A DNA stretch of 34,201 nt from the sequence record SRR20825010_1128; one strand, given 5' to 3'. The notes below the pieces were generated by a model. The model was not told where the DNA came from. It did no database searches and was given only the letters and a program-made list of their open reading frames with translations. Each line of letters starts with the position of its first letter. The first letter of the stretch is position 1. Positions 1 through 10,111 of this stretch are shown here, in pieces. Made by a program: the position numbers and the translations under genes.

Positions 1-84
1 TTCGAATACACCCTGGGCGCCAAGGAAGATGGTCCCATCAAGAAAGACGGTAAGCTTGTGATGAAAACCATCACAGCGAAGTAA
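1..84 (+). CDS. 3' end of a CDS entering from the left (FEYTLGAKEDGPIKKDGKLVMKTITAK*), product unknown
   Basis: Open frame 1 with host-like codon usage, ending at TAA 82-84 and followed by a hairpin. Confidence 0.6.
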   Translation, partial: FEYTLGAKEDGPIKKDGKLVMKTITAK

Positions 85-102
85 GCGACCGGCAAACAAC
101 TG

Positions 103-128
103 GGTGGGGCCGCTCCCGCGGCCCCACC
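103..128. terminator. Hairpin between convergent genes
   Basis: GGTGGGGCCGC-TCCC-GCGGCCCCACC, perfect 11-bp stem. Confidence 0.65.
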
Positions 129-131
129 TGA

Positions 132-2708
132 TCAGTCGGAGGGGGCATGATTACCCGCTGAAGGCTGCGCTTTCCGATACATCCAGGCCAGTCCCAGTAA
201 CGCCAGCCCAAGCCCCATAAACGCCGCCACTCGCCAAAGCCCCTGTAGGCCGGCCATATCGACCAGAAAGATCTTGGCAATCACCAGTCCCAACAGAGCC
301 ATACCAGCCTTGTAGAGCACCGCATTGTCACGCTTGGCGGAGTAGGCAATAGCGCCGATCGCGTACAAAAGGCTGACAACCGAATAAGTGTAAAGCTCGC
401 CCTCTGACATACCGAACGACAACCCCATGTCACTCCCCTGCCAGAGTTGCCGGATCTCCAGCGCGGTAAACAGCAGAAAGCCGGCAGACGCCACGCACAA
501 CGACCAGAACCGGGGCGCAAGCAAGGGAAACCGGCTGACCGCAAGCGCCAGCAGAATGGGACCACCGTAGCCGGGAAGCAGCATATTGATGATCGGTGCA
601 TCGCCAATATGGCCGCCGCCCCACCAGGGATTGTGCAGCGTCACCAGAGCGAGATAACTCAACATCGACAGCGCAACCAGTATCCGCGAGAACAACCGGT
701 ACAGCCAGGCCAGTGACTCACTTGCCCCGGCACGCACCATATAGGTCACGCCCAGTGCACCCCAGAGCAGTGTGTTGATTGCGGCCTCGGTAAAGCTGTA
801 CTGCTGGGAAAAAATATCGCCATCGTAAAGCCAGTAACGCATCTCGGCACCCAGGAACAGCACCAGTAGATGCAGGGTTGCCCCCTCCAGCCAAGGACGA
901 ATGGCGCGATCCTTCCCCGCCAGCCAGGTAGCAATGCCGGCAAACAACGTCGCCCCACCATAGCTCCAGAGTGACCAATGGAGACCGGTGTCGTAATCCT
1001 GCAGCCAGGGGTTGAACGTCAGCCGTGCCACCACCAGGGCCAGGGCCACCTTCAACAGCAGGTGAAGTTCGGGCATCTGATAACGACGCGCCAGCCAGGT
1101 AAGGCTGACAAACTGAGCAGACAGGGCGAGGGTGAGTGACGCCTCACGAACAATCATTATCGCCGCCAGGGAATAGCTGACGTGTGCCGCCATCACTGCC
1201 CAGACAACGCCCACTCGATAGCGCTGCACGCTTTCGAGCTTCCACGCGAGAACGCCGTAAACGCCGCCAACCAGCAACATTGCAACCGACCAGGCCGACG
1301 ACGTCTGGTAGCCGTGTACTAACAGCCAACCCAGCACCGCCCAAACCAGTGGCGACAACAGTGTAAAGGAGGCCCATCGGCGGCGATCATTCTGGCGAAC
1401 CCAGTGCCATAATCCGAGCCCGGTGGAGAGTATGGCGGCCCCAATCAGGTAGGACAGCAAACCACCCTGATGCTCCGGCGCCATCTGCGTAAAATAGGTC
1501 ACCTCGGTGCCATTGCGCCCGACGTATCCGAGCCATCCCAGCGCACTGACCAGCACCGCGGCCCAGGGCAGGAACCAGAGCGCTCCACGACTCTGCGGCA
1601 CCAGAGCTGCGGCCGGCAATATGATAAGCCAGCTCCAGAAAAACGGGCGATCACCTTGCCCGACCATCGATAGTGCCCAGAGAACCAGCAGGGATATCAA
1701 GACTTCCCGTAAATACGGCAACGCCTGCTTTGCGCGAACCGGAACCATGGCAAACACCACAAACAGGGCGGCGATGTACCAGGCTGTTGAGGCGCCGATG
1801 GCGGCTCCGCTGGACGTGGCCAACCACCACAGAAACGCGCCGGATAACGTGGCGTACCAAAGCCAGTCCCGATAGACATAACGCATCAACATCAACGAAC
1901 TGACGGTGATCAGGAAACTGTATGACAGCACAAAAGCCACGCTGCCATCATCGCCACCGATCAATAACGGCACCAGATAGGCACCACTCAACCCCATGAC
2001 AGCAAGCAACGGGCCATGAAAAAGCGACAGCACCATGGTACCCAGAGACACAATAGCCAGCCCGAACAGGCCCACGGTAGGGCCGACCAGCCCGTAATGG
2101 TGAACGCCCGCCAGCAATGCCGCATAGAGGGTGATACTGCCTCCACCCGCCAGCGCCGCAAATACTTCGTTTGCACCCCGGTTGCGACGACGCAGGTACT
2201 CCGCTCCCGCATGCAACACAAGACCGCTGAATAGCGCCAACATCAATTGCTGCGATGGGCCGATCATTCCTGCGTTGATGGAGTGGCTGACCATGAAAAT
2301 ACCGGCCAACCCAACGCTCAGGCCACCAAGCCAGACCATCCAGTTATCCTTCAGGGCCTGGACAAAGCGAGATTTATCGCGTGACGTCGCATCCGCTCCC
2401 GGGGAGCTTGTGTCAGGAAAGGGGCTTGTGTCAGAAGAGGGGCTTGATTCAGAAGGGGCTGGCGTGTCCTCGACAACGGCTTCGTCGAGTTCAAGCTCCA
2501 GCTCCGGGGCCGGCTGGTCTTGGTCCTTTCCGCCCAAATGTTGTTTTAGATAAGTCACTTCTTCGCGCAAACGGGACACTTCCCGGTTCAGGGACTCAAG
2601 GCGTTCCGACTGATCACGACGTCGGGAAAACGCAAGAATACCCAGCACGGAGCCCACCGGCAGGAGTATGGCAAGACCAAGTGCCAGAATAATCAATAAT
2701 GCTTCCAT
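132..2708 (-). CDS. DUF2339-family polytopic membrane protein
   Basis: 858 aa; N-terminal TM, coiled coil and Pro/Ser linker, then NWMVWLGG; many TM segments; C-terminal KIFLVDMAGLQGLWRVAAFMGLG typical of DUF2339. Confidence 0.85.
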   Translation of the reverse strand: MEALLIILALGLAILLPVGSVLGILAFSRRRDQSERLESLNREVSRLREEVTYLKQHLGGKDQDQPAPELELELDEAVVEDTPAPSESSPSSDTSPFPDTSSPGADATSRDKSRFVQALKDNWMVWLGGLSVGLAGIFMVSHSINAGMIGPSQQLMLALFSGLVLHAGAEYLRRRNRGANEVFAALAGGGSITLYAALLAGVHHYGLVGPTVGLFGLAIVSLGTMVLSLFHGPLLAVMGLSGAYLVPLLIGGDDGSVAFVLSYSFLITVSSLMLMRYVYRDWLWYATLSGAFLWWLATSSGAAIGASTAWYIAALFVVFAMVPVRAKQALPYLREVLISLLVLWALSMVGQGDRPFFWSWLIILPAAALVPQSRGALWFLPWAAVLVSALGWLGYVGRNGTEVTYFTQMAPEHQGGLLSYLIGAAILSTGLGLWHWVRQNDRRRWASFTLLSPLVWAVLGWLLVHGYQTSSAWSVAMLLVGGVYGVLAWKLESVQRYRVGVVWAVMAAHVSYSLAAIMIVREASLTLALSAQFVSLTWLARRYQMPELHLLLKVALALVVARLTFNPWLQDYDTGLHWSLWSYGGATLFAGIATWLAGKDRAIRPWLEGATLHLLVLFLGAEMRYWLYDGDIFSQQYSFTEAAINTLLWGALGVTYMVRAGASESLAWLYRLFSRILVALSMLSYLALVTLHNPWWGGGHIGDAPIINMLLPGYGGPILLALAVSRFPLLAPRFWSLCVASAGFLLFTALEIRQLWQGSDMGLSFGMSEGELYTYSVVSLLYAIGAIAYSAKRDNAVLYKAGMALLGLVIAKIFLVDMAGLQGLWRVAAFMGLGLALLGLAWMYRKAQPSAGNHAPSD
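2406..2460. repeat. About 3 imperfect 18-bp tandem repeats in the DUF2339 linker
   Basis: gcttgtgtcaggaaaggg / gcttgtgtcagaagaggg / gcttgattcagaaggg; encodes the Pro/Ser-rich linker. Confidence 0.55.
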
Positions 2709-2748
2709 GCTGCCCCTCGTGTGTCAGGCGCCCGACATAAGGGCCCGC

Positions 2749-3075
2749 TTAGCCAAAATAATCCTGCATCCAGTCCACCAGCGTTTGGGCACTGACCTCC
2801 GACAACGCCATGCCCTGGAACTCATCACCCACTTCATCATCGATGGTCACGAACTGATACAACAACACGCCTGGCTGGTTGTCGTGCAGGATCAACGTTA
2901 TGCGGCGACGGGTGCGCAGACAGTCAATGGTCATGACATCCGCAGGAATACCCGAATCACGCATGCCCCGGCGCACTTCCAACACCGGGTTGATGTGCTC
3001 ATGGGCAGCCTGGATGCGGGTATGGGCATCACTGGCAATATCGGACAAGGCTTTCAGGGGATCAACATCGGACAT
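2749..3075 (-). CDS. Hypothetical protein (108 aa)
   Basis: Gene-like ORF filling the gap, co-oriented with neighbours; no motif recognised. Confidence 0.7.
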   Translation of the reverse strand: MSDVDPLKALSDIASDAHTRIQAAHEHINPVLEVRRGMRDSGIPADVMTIDCLRTRRRITLILHDNQPGVLLYQFVTIDDEVGDEFQGMALSEVSAQTLVDWMQDYFG

Positions 3076-3195
3076 GCGTTGCTGCCTGTGTTATCTGGCA
3101 AGTAAGTGAAACGATTGTGAACACAGTTTACCTTGAATGACCCCCAATCATAACCTGCCGGCCAACGATCGGGGGCATCAACGCCTGCACTCACC

Positions 3196-3816
3196 TTACG
3201 CGGGCAGCACACCGTGCCACACCGGGAGTGCCATATCCTCGGGTTCCTCTCCAGGACCGCCATCCCGGCTTTTGAACGCGCCCTCCTCGATCGGAATCCG
3301 GAACAATGCCGTCGCCTTCCGCTCCTTCGCATTGGGGGCACGCACCTGCTCCCAGCGGCCCGGTTCAATCTGATTAATGATGGCCTGAAACGCGGCGTCG
3401 AACTCACGATCATCCGACACTGGCGAGGCCCTGCCGAACAGCACCAGCGATTCATAGTTGGCACTATGGTGGAACGCCGATTTTGTCATCACCCACTGGT
3501 TTGTCACGGCGAATGAAATGCACAACTGTTGTCCCGATGCCAGCGTCTGCGCCAACCTTCCACCGCTGAGTGTATGCAGGTAAAGATCGTCAGCAAGACG
3601 CCAGGCCGTGATCGGGATGATGCGTGGCTCACCTTCTTCCACAAAACCCACATGCGCTGTTTTTAACCGATCGATCAGGGCGTAAGCCGGCGCCCGCTCA
3701 TAACTGGCTCTCCTGGCCGCGCGCTTCACCCGACTGCGAGGACAGCAAGACAGCGGTGATGACGGCGGTGATAACGGTAGTGATAAAGGGGTATCCGTGA
3801 TTTCCTTCCGAGACAT
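3196..3816 (-). CDS. Pyridoxamine 5'-phosphate oxidase-like flavin-nucleotide-binding protein
   Basis: RVKR..RRASY, AHVGF, LYLH, SAFHHSANYES motifs; AAGGAG RBS before ATG 3816; divergent from a MocR regulator, the usual context. Confidence 0.85.
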   Translation of the reverse strand: MSRKEITDTPLSLPLSPPSSPLSCCPRSRVKRAARRASYERAPAYALIDRLKTAHVGFVEEGEPRIIPITAWRLADDLYLHTLSGGRLAQTLASGQQLCISFAVTNQWVMTKSAFHHSANYESLVLFGRASPVSDDREFDAAFQAIINQIEPGRWEQVRAPNAKERKATALFRIPIEEGAFKSRDGGPGEEPEDMALPVWHGVLPA

Positions 3817-3857
3817 CGTATGCTCCTTTTGCAAAGTACGTCTCTATTAGAAGCAAC

Positions 3858-3903
3858 ATCTGATACCATGGAAAGATCCAGATTATAGATTTCAATAGGA
3901 CCA
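3858..3903. promoter_or_regulatory. Candidate MocR operator repeats in the divergent promoter
   Basis: ATACCA (3863-68), GATCCA (3875-80), GGACCA (3898-3903), resembling GabR-type ATACCA boxes. Confidence 0.4.
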
Positions 3904-3909
3904 GTTAAG

Positions 3910-5340
3910 GTGATTGACGATATACGGTTCGAACACACCACACCGCTGCAAACACAGCTTTATCAACACCTGTCCCAACGCATTATCCATCGACGTTACC
4001 TGCCGGGAAGCCAACTGCCCTCCAGCCGTCAGCTGGCAGCAGACCTGGGTATCAGCCGCAACACCGTCAATGCCGTTTACGACCAGTTGAAAGCCGAAGG
4101 TTTCCTGCAAAGCCGAGCTGGTCGGGGCGTATTCGTGCATCAAGACCTCAACCTGGCCATCAACCAACCTACCGGCGGAGCCATTCAAACCACGCAGGCC
4201 ATGACCTTGCCGCCACTGCCGCCGGCTCCCGCCAGCCGCCTGAAGCTCGGGGAGGACGCCAACCTGCCCTTCCAGCCCGGGCTGCCCGACATCAACGCCT
4301 TCCCCATTCGCAGTTGGAACCGAATACTGCACCATCAGGAGAGCCGAACAAGCCTTCGCGGCTATGACACAACCCAGGGTTACCAGCCATTGCGCAGAGC
4401 CATTGCTGATTATTTACGAGCTTCCCGCGGGGTGCGTTGCCAGGAACACCAAGTGATCGTGACCAATGGGGCTCAACAGGCGCTGTCGCTGATTGCAGAC
4501 GTGCTGTTAAAACCCGGTGACAGGGTCTTTGTTGAGAACCCCGGCTACCGGGGCGCCCGATACGCCCTTGGTCGTCACGGCAACCCACTGCTGCCCGTAC
4601 CGCTCAAGCAACAGGTTCTGGATGTCGGCGTCCTGGACAGCCTTGGCGACGCCAAACTGCTGTTCTGCACACCGACTCACCAATACCCCATGGGCGGTAT
4701 TCTCGATGTCTCCCAGCGCATGGCACTGCTACAGTGGGCGCGCCGAAACCAGACGTGGATCGTGGAAGACGATTACGACAGCGAGTTCCATTTCTATAAC
4801 AAACCGTTTGCAGCCATTCAGGGCATGTTCGATACCGCCCCCGTTCTCTATGTGGGCAGCTTCAGTAAGACACTGCTGCCAGCCCTACGCGTCGGCTACC
4901 TGATCGTACCAGAGGCACTCGTCGACCATTTCCTCTGGGCCAAGCGTGTCAGCGGCGGAGAGACACCGTTACTGACCCAGGCAACCATCGCCGAGTTCAT
5001 CGACAGCGGCCAGTTCACACGACATCTGCGCCGTATGCGCCAACTCTATCGTGATAAGTGGCATCATTTTCAGGCGCGGGTTACCGAAAAGCTTGGCGGC
5101 AGGCTGGCCCCCATAGCGGAAAGTGCCGGGATGCATTTGGTTCTGAAAGGCAACGTGGATGACCTTGCCCTGAGTCAGCAACTGAGAGACCTGGGCTTCG
5201 GCAGCACGGCCCTCAGCGAGCACTACATCGGAAGAACCGCGCAAACCGGGCTGGTGATGGGATTCGCGAGTGCTAGCGAGTCACAGATCGAGGCGTGCGT
5301 GGATGCACTGTGCAGACTTACCGACTACGATGAAAGATAG
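3910..5340 (+). CDS. MocR/GabR-family (GntR wHTH + PLP aminotransferase domain) transcriptional regulator
   Basis: LPSSRQLAADLGISRNTV wHTH; TPTHQYP, EDDYDSEF, GSFSK PLP-lysine motif. Confidence 0.93.
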   Translation: MIDDIRFEHTTPLQTQLYQHLSQRIIHRRYLPGSQLPSSRQLAADLGISRNTVNAVYDQLKAEGFLQSRAGRGVFVHQDLNLAINQPTGGAIQTTQAMTLPPLPPAPASRLKLGEDANLPFQPGLPDINAFPIRSWNRILHHQESRTSLRGYDTTQGYQPLRRAIADYLRASRGVRCQEHQVIVTNGAQQALSLIADVLLKPGDRVFVENPGYRGARYALGRHGNPLLPVPLKQQVLDVGVLDSLGDAKLLFCTPTHQYPMGGILDVSQRMALLQWARRNQTWIVEDDYDSEFHFYNKPFAAIQGMFDTAPVLYVGSFSKTLLPALRVGYLIVPEALVDHFLWAKRVSGGETPLLTQATIAEFIDSGQFTRHLRRMRQLYRDKWHHFQARVTEKLGGRLAPIAESAGMHLVLKGNVDDLALSQQLRDLGFGSTALSEHYIGRTAQTGLVMGFASASESQIEACVDALCRLTDYDER

Positions 5341-5381
5341 AAAAAACACGCTCCAACGTACTCGACGAGGATATTACGCTT

Positions 5382-5525
5382 ATGACACTTCACCTTGAAC
5401 TGGCGCCACTGATCAGCCTGGGCGCGGGCATTGGCATACTCGTGTTTCCAAAGCTGCTGAACTACATCGTGGCGGGCTATCTGATCATCCTCGGTGTCCT
5501 GGGGTTGTTGGGGCATACGTTATAA
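5382..5525 (+). CDS. Small membrane protein, DUF3096 family (47 aa; missed by the ORF track)
   Basis: MTLHLELAPLISLGAGIGILVFPKLLNYIVAGYLIILGVLGLLGHTL*; P.LLNYIVA.YLI signature; GAGG RBS upstream. Confidence 0.8.
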   Translation: MTLHLELAPLISLGAGIGILVFPKLLNYIVAGYLIILGVLGLLGHTL

Positions 5526-5619
5526 GCCGACGCCCCATTGAGAAAATGCCACCTACTGGCACCATTTGTGGTGCGCCATTTATGTTGTTTTGCACCATGT
5601 ATGGAGAGTACCGGCAGCC

Positions 5620-8043
5620 ATGCGACGCAAAGGACAGCAACCCAATCTTCAAAGACAACTGATCGCGCTGGTGGCAGGACTGTGCCTCACGATCATCCTG
5701 ACGGTGTGTTTCATGGTCGCCGTGGTGCAGGTGCAGTCGGCAATCACTGCCTATACCTGGGGCGAAAGCGTCTGGTCCCGAGCGCAGATCGATACCGTCC
5801 ACCACCTCAACCGGTTTTCCGAATCTGGTGATTTTTCGCACCTTGCGAAGGCGAGGCAGGCGCTGGCGGTACCCATCGGCGATCTGCACGCCCGCGTCGC
5901 CATCACCTCCGATACGCTCGATTGGCAACGTGCCAGGCATGGTTTTCTCCAAGGGGGCAACCATGAAGAAGACCTGACCCGCATGATTCTGCTGATCCGT
6001 CTTTTTTCGTGGCTTGATCAACTGGAGCGGGCGTTAACCGCCTGGGAGGGCGCCGATGACCTGCTGTTTGAACTGGATCAGATCGGCAATGCGATGGAAC
6101 GAGAGTGGTTGGCGGCACCTCCGGATCGCGAGCAACTGCAGGCCCTGCGAGACAAGCTCGCGATTGTTGACCAGCAACTGCAGGTGAATGCCCGGGAATT
6201 CCGCCTTTCCATGGGAGACGCCTCGCGTTGGGCCGCCAGCTTCCTGTCTGTTGTCAGTGCATTGTTCCTGACTCTTGTGGCGCTGCTGTCCTGGTTCCTG
6301 GGATTCCGGCTGGTGAGACTGCTCAATCGAACCGAGCAGAACTTCCGCTCGATCTTCGAGCAGTCCGCCATCGGTATCATCCAGATTGATACCGAGGGCC
6401 GAATCGTGAATGCCAATCAGGCGACCTGCGACATCCTTGGCTACCGGCCCGATGACCTTGTGCAGCGCCCCTATCGGGAGCTGGTCCATCCGGAAGACTG
6501 GGACGTTGCCCGGGAAGAGCGACGGGATATCAGTTTCGGTAACATTGACAGCTATACGACCGAGCATCGCATTGTTCGAAAAGACAATGGCTTCTTGTGG
6601 GCCAGGCTCACCGTATCCCGTGTGTGGGATGCGCCCAGCGCTTCAGCGTACTTCACAACGGTTATGGAAGACATTTCCGAGTCTCACCGTCTGTCGACGG
6701 AATTGAGCTACATGGCGACCCATGACAGCCTGACCGGCCTGATAAACCGAAGAGCCTTTGAGCAGCAGCTTGCCAGCCATCTCGGGCACGTCCGCAACGG
6801 AGGAAAGCAACACGCCCTCTGCTACATCGACCTGGATCAGTTCAAGCTGGCGAACGACACGTCGGGCCATGACGCGGGCGACCAACTTCTGCGCCAGGTA
6901 TCCGACATCATTTCAAAGAATCTGCGCGAAGCAGACATCCTCGCCAGACTGGGCGGCGACGAGTTCGGTATCATTCTTCAGAACTGCGACCTCGACACCG
7001 CCCATCGTGTGGCTGAAAAGGTGCGGGCCTCTCTCGACCACCTGGTGTTTTCCTGGCAGCAAACCAGCCACACCATCAGTTGCAGTATTGGCGTGGTGCC
7101 TATAACCGCAGAAAGCGCGGGCATCAGCGCCCTGATGAAAGCCGCCGACATTGCCTGTTACACCGCCAAAGACGGCGGCCGAAACCGCGTGTGCGTGATG
7201 TCGATGGACGACAAGCAGATGGCCTCCCAGCAGGGCGAGATGGAATGGCACAACCGCATTCAGACCGCGCTTCAGGACAACCGCTTTTTCCTTGAATGCC
7301 AGATAATTGCCCCGCCCACGGGCCGGGGCAAGGGGTTGCGATACGAGGTGCTGATTCGCATGCGCTCACAGGATGGTTCGGTGGTGCCTCCCAGTGCTTT
7401 CCTGCCCCCTGCGGAGCGCTATGGCATGGCATCGAGAATCGACCGCTGGGTTATCGAGAATGTACTCGAAAAACTGTCCGCCGCCCCAGAACACCTTGGT
7501 GCCTTGGAAGCCTGCCACATCAACCTGTCTGGTCGCTCGTTCGATCAAACAGACTTCGCGGATTTTGTGGCTGGCAGGTTCCACCATTACGGGGTTCCAG
7601 CGAACAAGATCTGCTTCGAAATCACCGAAACTGCCGCCGTTCATAACCTGCTGGAAGTTCAGGCCTTTATGAAACGCCTGAGCGATATGGGGTGCAGCTT
7701 TGCCCTGGACGACTTCGGTTCAGGGTTGTCGTCGTTTGGTTACCTGCGCCGATTACCAGTTACCTGCCTGAAGATCGACGGGATGTTTGTTCGCGATATC
7801 GTCACCAGCAAAACAGACCTTGCAATGGTCAGGGCCATTCATGACATTGGCCGAACCATGGACATGATCACGGTGGCCGAGTACGTCGAGTCCGAGGATG
7901 CAGCGTCGTTACTGAAGGAGATCGGCGTGGATCTTCTCCAGGGCTTCTGGGTCCATCGGCCTTCCTCACTGGATGACATCCTCGGCACGGAACCCAACCG
8001 TCTCTCGGAAAAGGTGACGCATCTGAAGCTCCATACAACGTAG
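5620..8043 (+). CDS. Membrane-anchored PAS-GGDEF-EAL diguanylate cyclase/phosphodiesterase
   Basis: Two TM helices, PAS/PAC, HDSLTGL, RLGGDEF, EVLIR, FEITET, DDFGSG, LKIDG, QGF; ATG 5620 preferred over the ORF-track start at 5566. Confidence 0.93.
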   Translation: MRRKGQQPNLQRQLIALVAGLCLTIILTVCFMVAVVQVQSAITAYTWGESVWSRAQIDTVHHLNRFSESGDFSHLAKARQALAVPIGDLHARVAITSDTLDWQRARHGFLQGGNHEEDLTRMILLIRLFSWLDQLERALTAWEGADDLLFELDQIGNAMEREWLAAPPDREQLQALRDKLAIVDQQLQVNAREFRLSMGDASRWAASFLSVVSALFLTLVALLSWFLGFRLVRLLNRTEQNFRSIFEQSAIGIIQIDTEGRIVNANQATCDILGYRPDDLVQRPYRELVHPEDWDVAREERRDISFGNIDSYTTEHRIVRKDNGFLWARLTVSRVWDAPSASAYFTTVMEDISESHRLSTELSYMATHDSLTGLINRRAFEQQLASHLGHVRNGGKQHALCYIDLDQFKLANDTSGHDAGDQLLRQVSDIISKNLREADILARLGGDEFGIILQNCDLDTAHRVAEKVRASLDHLVFSWQQTSHTISCSIGVVPITAESAGISALMKAADIACYTAKDGGRNRVCVMSMDDKQMASQQGEMEWHNRIQTALQDNRFFLECQIIAPPTGRGKGLRYEVLIRMRSQDGSVVPPSAFLPPAERYGMASRIDRWVIENVLEKLSAAPEHLGALEACHINLSGRSFDQTDFADFVAGRFHHYGVPANKICFEITETAAVHNLLEVQAFMKRLSDMGCSFALDDFGSGLSSFGYLRRLPVTCLKIDGMFVRDIVTSKTDLAMVRAIHDIGRTMDMITVAEYVESEDAASLLKEIGVDLLQGFWVHRPSSLDDILGTEPNRLSEKVTHLKLHTT

Positions 8044-8067
8044 CGGTTTCCGAGGCCCCACGGGATA

Positions 8068-8940
8068 TCATTTGACTCGGCGAAACAGCACGTAATTTCC
8101 CAGGATGGCCAGTAGGGCACCCAATACGGCGGTTGTTGTCCATTCAAAGCCTTCCAGCCAGGTCGATACACTCAAGGCAACCACCGGAAACAGCACCGTT
8201 GCATAGCCAGCCCGGTCAGCACCGAGGGTCTGGATCACAGTGATGTAGCAATAAAACGCAATAATGGAGCCGGGTACCGCCAGGAAAACCGTTGCGCCCC
8301 AGAAGGTCGCGGAGGTTGGCACCACCCACTCCACTCCCTGCAACAGACACCAGACGCCGAGGATCACAGCGCCGTAAACCATGGCCCAGGCATTCGCCAC
8401 CAACAAGGGGATTTGCGCCAGCCGAACCTTGATACTCACCAGGTTCCCCATGGAAAACCAGAACGTGCCGGCAGCCGCAAACAGGATGCTGGCACCGGTG
8501 GCGTTACCAAGCTGCAAATCATGCCAGAACAGCAGCGCCACGCCTGTAATCCCTAACGCCACAGCGGGATACAGACGGGCGGTGGGCTTCAACCGCAACC
8601 ATAGCCAGCCATTCAAGGCATTGAACAGCGCCGCCAGTGAAAACACCACCGCCAGCAAACCACTGGTCATGGACTCGGCAGCACGGTATATGAGCAGGAA
8701 GTTCACGCTGTACAGCGTCAGCCCCTGCAAAAAAAGCCAGCCATGCTGCTTGAGCGTCAACGTCTGCAGGCGCCCAAGCAATGCAAGCACCACCAGAGCC
8801 ACAACAGAAGCCATCAAAAAACGATAGAACACCGAAACATCCACCGGCGCAGACTCAACCTGCAGGCGAATGGCCGTCCAGGTCAGGCCCCAGATCAGTA
8901 CCGTCAAACCGTAGTGCATGGAAATCGGCATAACAGTCAT
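8068..8940 (-). CDS. DMT/EamA-family transporter
   Basis: LIWGLTW N-terminal motif, about 10 TMs in two EamA repeats; start could be 8931, 8940 or 8961. Confidence 0.9.
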   Translation of the reverse strand: MTVMPISMHYGLTVLIWGLTWTAIRLQVESAPVDVSVFYRFLMASVVALVVLALLGRLQTLTLKQHGWLFLQGLTLYSVNFLLIYRAAESMTSGLLAVVFSLAALFNALNGWLWLRLKPTARLYPAVALGITGVALLFWHDLQLGNATGASILFAAAGTFWFSMGNLVSIKVRLAQIPLLVANAWAMVYGAVILGVWCLLQGVEWVVPTSATFWGATVFLAVPGSIIAFYCYITVIQTLGADRAGYATVLFPVVALSVSTWLEGFEWTTTAVLGALLAILGNYVLFRRVK

Positions 8941-9052
8941 TCCCTTTAATAAGTGACGCATTGATGTATCTAGTGGCCGATCTTATGACAGTGCGAAGGG
9001 GAAAACTTGTCAGATCCTGCGCAACCATGGATGATTCTTGCGGAGGCCCGAT

Positions 9053-9976
9053 ATGCAGACCAGCTCACCCCAGATACCCGATTCAACGAAGAATCCCCAC
9101 AGGGAACGCCGCGACATTGTGGACGCGCTGCGAGCCGCTGGCGTGGCGCCTCAAAAGCTCATGGAGCTGGACCAGGGCCGCGCCCTCGCACAGTGGCAGA
9201 ACCGCAAGGGCGAGGTGCGTTACGAGCGACCGCGCCATCACGCCCTGAGCATTTACATTAACGAGGGCGACAAAGCGAGGCGGGTGGTAAACGGACGGGC
9301 CGTGAGCCAGGGCTTTCCGGGGGCTGTTTGCCTGTTTCCCGCCGGCAGTCAATCCACCTGGCAGATCGACGGCCAATTCGAATTCTTCCACCTCTACTTC
9401 AATGACCTGGACATCGCCCGCTGCGCAGAACAGACCTGGGACTGCGAGCCTGACCGGGTTGAACTCAGTGAGCGATACCACACGCAGGACCCGGTTCTGG
9501 CCCAGGCGGGCCAGTTACTGGCACTGAGTGACTGGCTCGCCCCCGGTCAGTCCATGGCGATGGATCACCTGGCCCAGTGGCTGTTACTACAGGTGGTTAG
9601 TCGTCACTCGAACGTGCAGCAGGCAACTCCCTCTGTTACCGGACAACTCTCACTGCGTTACCGCCGATTGCTACAGGAACGTATTCACGCGCAGTTGGAC
9701 CGGACGTTGACCCTCGCGGACATGGCGGGCTGGGTTAATCTGAGCCCTTACCATTTTGCCCGCCTGTTCCGGGCGACCTTTGGCTGCGCACCCTATCAAT
9801 ACGTTCAGGAACAACGCCTGACCCGGGCCCGGGACCTACTCCGCCAACCGGGAAGTAAAATCACTGCCATCGCCCTCAACTGCGGTTTCAACGACGCCAG
9901 CCAGTTCAGCCGGGCATTCAAGGCGAGGTTCGGCGAGACACCTTCCGTCTACCGTGTCCGGACAAACGCCCGGTAG
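9053..9976 (+). CDS. AraC-family transcriptional regulator
   Basis: C-terminal LSPYHFARLF...IALNCGFNDASQFSRAFK..FGETPS.YR; GGAGG RBS; divergent from the DMT gene. Confidence 0.93.
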   Translation: MQTSSPQIPDSTKNPHRERRDIVDALRAAGVAPQKLMELDQGRALAQWQNRKGEVRYERPRHHALSIYINEGDKARRVVNGRAVSQGFPGAVCLFPAGSQSTWQIDGQFEFFHLYFNDLDIARCAEQTWDCEPDRVELSERYHTQDPVLAQAGQLLALSDWLAPGQSMAMDHLAQWLLLQVVSRHSNVQQATPSVTGQLSLRYRRLLQERIHAQLDRTLTLADMAGWVNLSPYHFARLFRATFGCAPYQYVQEQRLTRARDLLRQPGSKITAIALNCGFNDASQFSRAFKARFGETPSVYRVRTNAR

Positions 9977-10022
9977 AACGTCAGCATTACCTGCCACTTT
10001 CACTACATTGCCAAAATGTAAA

Positions 10023-10059
10023 GAAGAGGAATCCAGCATGCCACGCTGGATTCCTCTTC
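10023..10059 (+). terminator. 15-bp perfect hairpin after araC
   Basis: GAAGAGGAATCCAGC-ATGCCAC-GCTGGATTCCTCTTC; no strong U-tract. Confidence 0.55.
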
Positions 10060-10111
10060 AATATCATGCCGCACTCCGTAAATACCGTAACCATACATGT
10101 GGAGTGGGTTC

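Noticed and set aside
2406-2460. Tandem repeats as a CRISPR-like array
   Set aside because: In-frame degenerate coding repeats with no spacers and no cas genes.
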